Below are positions 55,148 through 60,457 of a DNA stretch of 60,457 bases, one piece after another. The notes below the pieces were generated by a model that saw only the letters and a program-made list of their open reading frames with translations, had not been told where the DNA came from and searched no databases. A program made the translations under genes and the position numbers. The stretch is taken from sequence record SRR20825006_1000. One strand, 5' to 3'. Positions within the stretch are counted from its first letter, which is position 1. Each line of letters starts with the position of its first letter.

Positions 55148-56911
55148 ATGCATTCGACGTCCAATCCGTCCCGGTTGCCGGCATCTTCGAGACTGCCCGA
55201 GAGCCCGGACTCGCCCGTCCGTTGCTTGATGATTCAACCGTGTTTCGAGCAGACAAACTATTGGAACTTTGTTGAAAGTGCCAAAGCGATTGGTGCAAAA
55301 GCGACCGCACCACCGCTTGGTTTGATGACCGTCGCAGCTTTACTGCCTCAACACTGGGAATTCCGCATCGCTGACCAAAACGTTGGTCCAGTCGAGGAAT
55401 CCGATTGGCAGTGGGCTGATGTAATCTGCACGGGAGGCATGCTGCCTCAACAACCCGGCATCTTGCAGTGGGTTGAACGTGCCAACGCCGAAGGCAAATT
55501 TGTTGTCGTCGGCGGACCTGATCCAACCAGCCAACCGCAAATCTACCAGGACGCGGATGCTGTCATTGTCGGCGAAGGCGAATTGACTATTCCGATGTGG
55601 CTGGATGCCTGGCGAGATGGAAACCCCAAGGGCCAATTTGAATCGCCACACAAACCGGACGTGACCACGACACCAACTCCACGCTTCGACTTGGTCGACT
55701 TCAATGATTACCTACACGTCGGAGTGCAATCCTCGCGGGGATGTCCGTACAACTGCGAATTCTGCGACATCATTGAACTGTTTGGCCGGCGTCCACGCGT
55801 CAAAACGCCAGATCAATTTCTTGCCGAACTGCAAAAGCTCTATGACCTGGGCTATCGAGGTTGGGTCGACTTCACGGACGACAACTTCATCGGCAATCGC
55901 AAGCTCATCAAACCATTACTGGTTGCGTTGAAGCAATGGAACGAGGATCACAACTACCCCTTTGTGTTCTCAACCGAAGCCAGTATCAACCTCGCTGACG
56001 ACAAAGAACTGCTGGAGTTAATGCGTGACGTTCAGTTTCGATACGTCTTTTTGGGAATCGAATCACCCGATGAAGAAACGCTGATTCATACCCAAAAACG
56101 AATCAACACGGTCCATCCCATCATCGATCGAGTTCGAACGATCTACGACCACGGCATCTCCGTCGCGGCCGGTTTGATCATCGGGTTCGACACGGACAAA
56201 CCAGGCACGGATGGTCCAATGATCCGCTTCATTCAAGAAAGCGGCATCACGCTATCGATGGTTGGCCTGCTGTCGGCACTGCCCAACACACAGCTCACTC
56301 GCCGTCTCGCCAAAGAACGCCGGCTGATCGATTCCGAACACAACTGGATCCAGGACACGGGCGTAAATTACGAGCTCCGAAGCGCTGAGTCCAAGGACCA
56401 AACGATCAGCGGTATGAATTTCATCACGACGCGAGATCGTGTGGAAATCTACCAAGAACTTCGAAACATCATCGAAAACGTGTACTCGCCACGAGCGTTC
56501 ATGGACCGGGTGATCGACACCGCTGCACGAATCAAGATCGTCAACAAACACGTTCCCAATGCATGGGAATTCCGCCGGATGTTCAAAGGCTTTCGAACCA
56601 TCGCTTGGCGAATGCTTCGGGACAAACGCACTCGGTACCTTTATGTGCGTAACTTCGTGCGGGCATCCCTGATGGGCCCGACCAAGTTCGAGTACGCCCA
56701 TACCGTCATGGGCAGCTTCCTGCACTTCGATTTGCAAACTCAGAAGATGCTCGATGCCCTCGATGTCTCCATCGACTTTGCCAAGAACCACGCGACCTAC
56801 CCACGAAGCGTCGCGGATATGCCTGCGATCGCTACAACAAACAACTTGCATCCTTTGCCACTTGCTCAGACCGACGGCTGCAGTCCCCAGACCGAAGGCA
56901 AATCAACATGA
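55148..56911 (+). CDS. Cobalamin-binding radical SAM protein, HpnP-like (probable C-terminal DUF4070)
   Basis: PPLGLMTVAALLP, VVVGGPDPTS, VGEGE, SRGCPYNCEFCDI (CxxxCxxC), DDNFIGN, TEASINLA, FLGIES, IIGFD, ALPNTQL. Confidence 0.9.
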   Translation: MHSTSNPSRLPASSRLPESPDSPVRCLMIQPCFEQTNYWNFVESAKAIGAKATAPPLGLMTVAALLPQHWEFRIADQNVGPVEESDWQWADVICTGGMLPQQPGILQWVERANAEGKFVVVGGPDPTSQPQIYQDADAVIVGEGELTIPMWLDAWRDGNPKGQFESPHKPDVTTTPTPRFDLVDFNDYLHVGVQSSRGCPYNCEFCDIIELFGRRPRVKTPDQFLAELQKLYDLGYRGWVDFTDDNFIGNRKLIKPLLVALKQWNEDHNYPFVFSTEASINLADDKELLELMRDVQFRYVFLGIESPDEETLIHTQKRINTVHPIIDRVRTIYDHGISVAAGLIIGFDTDKPGTDGPMIRFIQESGITLSMVGLLSALPNTQLTRRLAKERRLIDSEHNWIQDTGVNYELRSAESKDQTISGMNFITTRDRVEIYQELRNIIENVYSPRAFMDRVIDTAARIKIVNKHVPNAWEFRRMFKGFRTIAWRMLRDKRTRYLYVRNFVRASLMGPTKFEYAHTVMGSFLHFDLQTQKMLDALDVSIDFAKNHATYPRSVADMPAIATTNNLHPLPLAQTDGCSPQTEGKST

Positions 56912-57274
56912 CGACGCAACGTTTCGAATGAGCGATCAGCGACCGCTGGTCGATAAGCGATCAAACTGAAAATGATTGGTTTTCATCCGAACAAATCCGA
57001 CCCCCATTCACGTGAGATCTGAAGTACGACAGCCCTATATCGAACTCAAGTGTCCGGCTCCGAAATCGTCCCAAATCCTTGAAATACCTGACTTAACGGA
57101 AACCAAAACACCTTTATAAGAAGTTGGCGGCACCTCGCCATCGATCCGCTCGAAAGTCGAGCACAGCAGCCTTTATTCCTGGTTGGCGCAATTACAATGC
57201 CAACCGTCCAGCCGCCAAGCAAAAAGTGGCTGGAGCGCCCACTCTTCTTGTTTGTTCACCTTGGCTAGCGTTTG

Positions 57275-58852
57275 ATGCCGCAACTAGACACAAATCCGCT
57301 CCCGGTCGGTGTCGTTTGCACAGACACGATCGAACAACTGGACCCGTTCGTCCCCAGCGCCGCGGTTACTGATCAACGGCTTACCCAACGACGAAGCTCG
57401 ACCCCGAACCGGCGTCGTGCGACCCGAAATCAAGCGAACGGTTCAATGCAAGTCTTGCTGACTTGCCTACCGCTTGTCTTCGGTGATTTGATTGCGTTGG
57501 TATCAGCCGCCGCCGTCGCAGCTCTGCCCATTTTTGCTCTTGGCTTGATCAACTGGCATTCGGGACTCGGATTACAAGCCGTTTGTCTGACGGTGTGCTA
57601 TCTGGTAAGCGGATCGATCTTAGGCCTGTATCCAGGCACGGGTATCAGCCCAGTTTTGGAACTCCGGCAAACCGTTCTCGCCGCTGCATCGTCTTTTGCT
57701 TTTGTCATGCTTGCCAACATGACCCTGGCTACCTTGAGCAGCGGAGAGTTTTTGCTTTGCTTGCTCGGAATGCTTACCTCAGCGTTCATGGTCCCGATTG
57801 CTCGACTACTCACTCGCAAAGCTTGTTCGCGAACCCGTTGGTGGGGCGAAAACACAATCATCGTTGGATCCGGCCCTCAAGGGCGAGCGCTGTATCGCTT
57901 TTATAGTCGCGTTCCTCAACGAGGCCTTCGACCAATTGGTGTGGTGGACTTCCCACGCCAATCCAGTGACGTGCAGGCTGAAGATCTCCAAGGGATTCCT
58001 TACCTTGGATCAGTTCAACGATTAGACCGCCTACGCCGAAAACTTCAAATCCGCTGGGCAATTGTTGCCCCAGGTGGATGCGAACAGATCGACATGAACG
58101 AAGTCATGTCCCATGCAGGAAATGTCCCCAACCTATTGGTTTTACCTTCACAAGTTTTACTTCCGAGTCTTTGGACCAACACTCGTGAATGCGCCGGTGT
58201 AATGGGAGTCCACTTGCGGGATCACCTGCGAAGCCCCATCAGTCGATTCGTCAAACGAACCGTAGATCTGCTTGCTTCGGCGGCAGCGTTGCTTTTTCTT
58301 ATGCCCCTGTTCGTTTTGGTAGCGATCTACATTAAACGCAAAAGTCCCGGCCCTGTTTTCTACGGCCACAAACGAATTGGCATTGGTGGCGAAACTTTCA
58401 AAGCATGGAAATTTCGGACGATGGTCACCAACGCAGATCAAGTCCTTGAACAATACCTCGAGCAAGACCCTGAGATGCGACGGCAATGGGTTGAAGATCA
58501 AAAGTTGAAGAACGATCCGCGAATCATTTCTGGCATTGGACACTTTCTACGCAAGACCAGCCTGGATGAAATCCCACAGCTTTGGAACACCTTCAAAGGT
58601 GAGATGAGCCTAGTCGGCCCCCGCCCCATCGTCTCGGACGAAATCGGTCGCTACCGAGAGATGTACCCGCTTTACCTGCGAGTCCGCCCCGGCATCACAG
58701 GCCTCTGGCAAGTCTCCGGCCGCAACGACACCAGCTACGAACAACGCATCCGCCTCGACAGTTATTACGTTTGCAACTGGTCCCCCTGGCTCGACACCTA
58801 CATCATCTTCCGAACCATCCGAACCATGCTATTCCGCGAGGGTGCGTACTGA
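57275..58852 (+). CDS. wbaP: Undecaprenyl-phosphate sugar-1-phosphate transferase (WbaP-like priming glycosyltransferase)
   Basis: N-terminal TM helices; [61 protein letters not shown]. Confidence 0.93.
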   Translation: MPQLDTNPLPVGVVCTDTIEQLDPFVPSAAVTDQRLTQRRSSTPNRRRATRNQANGSMQVLLTCLPLVFGDLIALVSAAAVAALPIFALGLINWHSGLGLQAVCLTVCYLVSGSILGLYPGTGISPVLELRQTVLAAASSFAFVMLANMTLATLSSGEFLLCLLGMLTSAFMVPIARLLTRKACSRTRWWGENTIIVGSGPQGRALYRFYSRVPQRGLRPIGVVDFPRQSSDVQAEDLQGIPYLGSVQRLDRLRRKLQIRWAIVAPGGCEQIDMNEVMSHAGNVPNLLVLPSQVLLPSLWTNTRECAGVMGVHLRDHLRSPISRFVKRTVDLLASAAALLFLMPLFVLVAIYIKRKSPGPVFYGHKRIGIGGETFKAWKFRTMVTNADQVLEQYLEQDPEMRRQWVEDQKLKNDPRIISGIGHFLRKTSLDEIPQLWNTFKGEMSLVGPRPIVSDEIGRYREMYPLYLRVRPGITGLWQVSGRNDTSYEQRIRLDSYYVCNWSPWLDTYIIFRTIRTMLFREGAY

Positions 58853-58951
58853 ACACTAGCCTTTGGTAGTTATTGGCCAGACCAAGGGTTTGATACCGAA
58901 CGACCCGACACGAGGCCGAACATTTCTTCATCTAATCCTAAAGGATCTAAA

Positions 58952-60307
58952 TTGGGCCGAGACTCCCATATCAATCGGCTTATCGAGGCTGCAGATCGTC
59001 TACTCGCATTTTCCAATACTCGAAAGCTAACCACCGACAGTGCGATCGCGTTTGTTATAAAAATCGCGAGCGCATTCCTGTCCTACCTCATGTTTGTTGC
59101 CTTGGCGAGGCTTCTAGATCTTGAAGAGTTTGGGTATTTCGGATTTGTGTTTAGCCTATCAACCTTCTTCGCGAAGTTCACCGTTTTTGGACAACAACAG
59201 CTTTCATTACGCGAAATAGCTATTGCGTTGGAAAAGAAAGACAAAGCCAAGATTGGCAGCGTCAAAACATTTTCTGTCTGCATCTTCTCTATATTCAGCA
59301 TGGTTTCCATTGCACTTCTGTCTGGATTGAGTTATCTGTTTCACCAACCTCTCTATTTCACCGCAATACCGCTAGCAATTGCACTCGGATTCAGCGAACT
59401 AGTCACATCCGTTCAGCGAGGACATGGCTCAATTGGCTTGGCATTGTTTCCTCGAGATGTCCTCTGGCGCTCTTTAGTCATTGTCATGTGCGGATTTTGC
59501 ACGTTTGCAATTGGCTTTCAACCAGAAACTACGTCCACCACTTGGGCTATCTCAGCTATCCTAATCGTCGTGGTCACTGGGCAGGTTCTTTCGCATCAGT
59601 CAACAAGGATTTGGACGAATCCCTCGTGGCTGAAGCTCGATTTATTTGAGCTATTTAAGTCGAGTGTCGTTTTTTTCGGCATCTCCGTTGTATCAGTTGG
59701 AGTCCCGACACTTTCGGCAATCGTTATTGGAGAGATGCTGCCCATCATCAAAGTTGGACCCTACTTTGCTGCACTGAAAACATCACAGTTGTTGAACCTG
59801 CTTCTCCTATCAAGCAACATCGTTGCTTCACCACTTATCGCTCGGCAGTACGCTGCTGGAAATTTTGATGCAATGGAGAGCACGGCTTCGTTTGTGTCAA
59901 TCGTTGCGGGACTATTTTCATTTTTGAGTTACCTGCTGTTTGTTGCGTTTGGGAGGGCAATTCTAGACGTCTTCGGCGATGGGTTTGGGGACGCTTACCC
60001 AGAGCTACTATTACTCGGTGCGGGATACGTTTTCGGCGCTTTTTGCGGCCCAAACGTTCAATGCTTGCAGATGACCGGGCTTGAACGCAAAACTCTCTCT
60101 ATCATGATCGTCACAGGCTCAGGCACACTGGCGATCATGCCACTTGCGGTGCACCTCTGGGGAACCTTTGGGGCGGCATCCCTAATTACGTGTGGGATGA
60201 TCTGGTGGAATTTATGGGCAACCCAAACGACTCGGCGACAGATTGGAGTAGACCCGTCCGCCTGGTCAATCCTGCGGCGTCAATCATATGTTCGTGAGCC
60301 ATTATGA
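58952..60307 (+). CDS. Wzx-type oligosaccharide flippase
   Basis: About 12 hydrophobic helices; LARLLDLEEFGYF; VGPYFAA; FGDGF..AY..L; follows wbaP; visibly more AT-rich. Confidence 0.85.
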   Translation: MGRDSHINRLIEAADRLLAFSNTRKLTTDSAIAFVIKIASAFLSYLMFVALARLLDLEEFGYFGFVFSLSTFFAKFTVFGQQQLSLREIAIALEKKDKAKIGSVKTFSVCIFSIFSMVSIALLSGLSYLFHQPLYFTAIPLAIALGFSELVTSVQRGHGSIGLALFPRDVLWRSLVIVMCGFCTFAIGFQPETTSTTWAISAILIVVVTGQVLSHQSTRIWTNPSWLKLDLFELFKSSVVFFGISVVSVGVPTLSAIVIGEMLPIIKVGPYFAALKTSQLLNLLLLSSNIVASPLIARQYAAGNFDAMESTASFVSIVAGLFSFLSYLLFVAFGRAILDVFGDGFGDAYPELLLLGAGYVFGAFCGPNVQCLQMTGLERKTLSIMIVTGSGTLAIMPLAVHLWGTFGAASLITCGMIWWNLWATQTTRRQIGVDPSAWSILRRQSYVREPL

Positions 60308-60356
60308 ACTGCACCTTTTCGCTGATACATGGCGACGAAAGATCCGTGCTATAGAC

Positions 60357-60457
60357 TGACCTGCACCCAAAACTTGGTGCACGGTTCTGAGAGTAGGGAT
60401 GAGGTTGACCTGCTCCTTTTTTTTTTGGGTCCATCTGGGACCTCTGTGGGTCGGTTA
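60357..60457 (-). mobile_element. Possible terminal inverted repeat of an IS3-family element (truncated by the window edge)
   Basis: Plus strand TGACCTGCACCCAAAACTTGGTGCAC resembles IS3-family termini (5'-TGA.CTGC.CCC); no transposase ORF visible within the window. Confidence 0.35.

Overview
GC-rich bacterial chromosomal window. The gene content (SHD1-domain protein, Gly-rich RRM protein, tandem HlyD/M50 genes, REC-HATPase regulator, long Ala/Glu/Pro-rich insertions) points to a planctomycete, probably Rhodopirellula; this is inferred, not searched. It holds about 37 CDSs. Housekeeping genes: tex, dprA, cmk, pgk, recQ, rplM-rpsI-infA, fabZ-like, glgC, fpr, hemY. Also a MoxR-DUF58-transglutaminase operon, a GH97 glycosidase, a LarA-like gene and a two-component pair. 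Two accessory systems stand out. (1) A lipid/polyketide cluster at about 42.6-56.9 kb. Its 2.9-kaa iterative type I PKS has the unusual order Reductase-KS-KS(no Cys)-AT-ACP-ACP-KR-DH and an A10 run exactly at the ACP/KR boundary. It is coupled to a Rieske oxygenase and a FabL-type enoyl reductase, with a divergent HpnP-like B12 radical SAM gene. (2) An operon at about 27.1-33.4 kb with three membrane-fusion-type proteins (GAF-HlyD, HlyD, M50 protease-HlyD) plus a DUF3467-like protein and no pump gene, preceded by a near-consensus sigma70 promoter inside a 38-bp palindrome. The window ends in the start of a wbaP-wzx polysaccharide locus and a possible IS3-family end. No rRNA, tRNA or CRISPR array was seen. 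Family names come from motif recognition by eye, not database searches.
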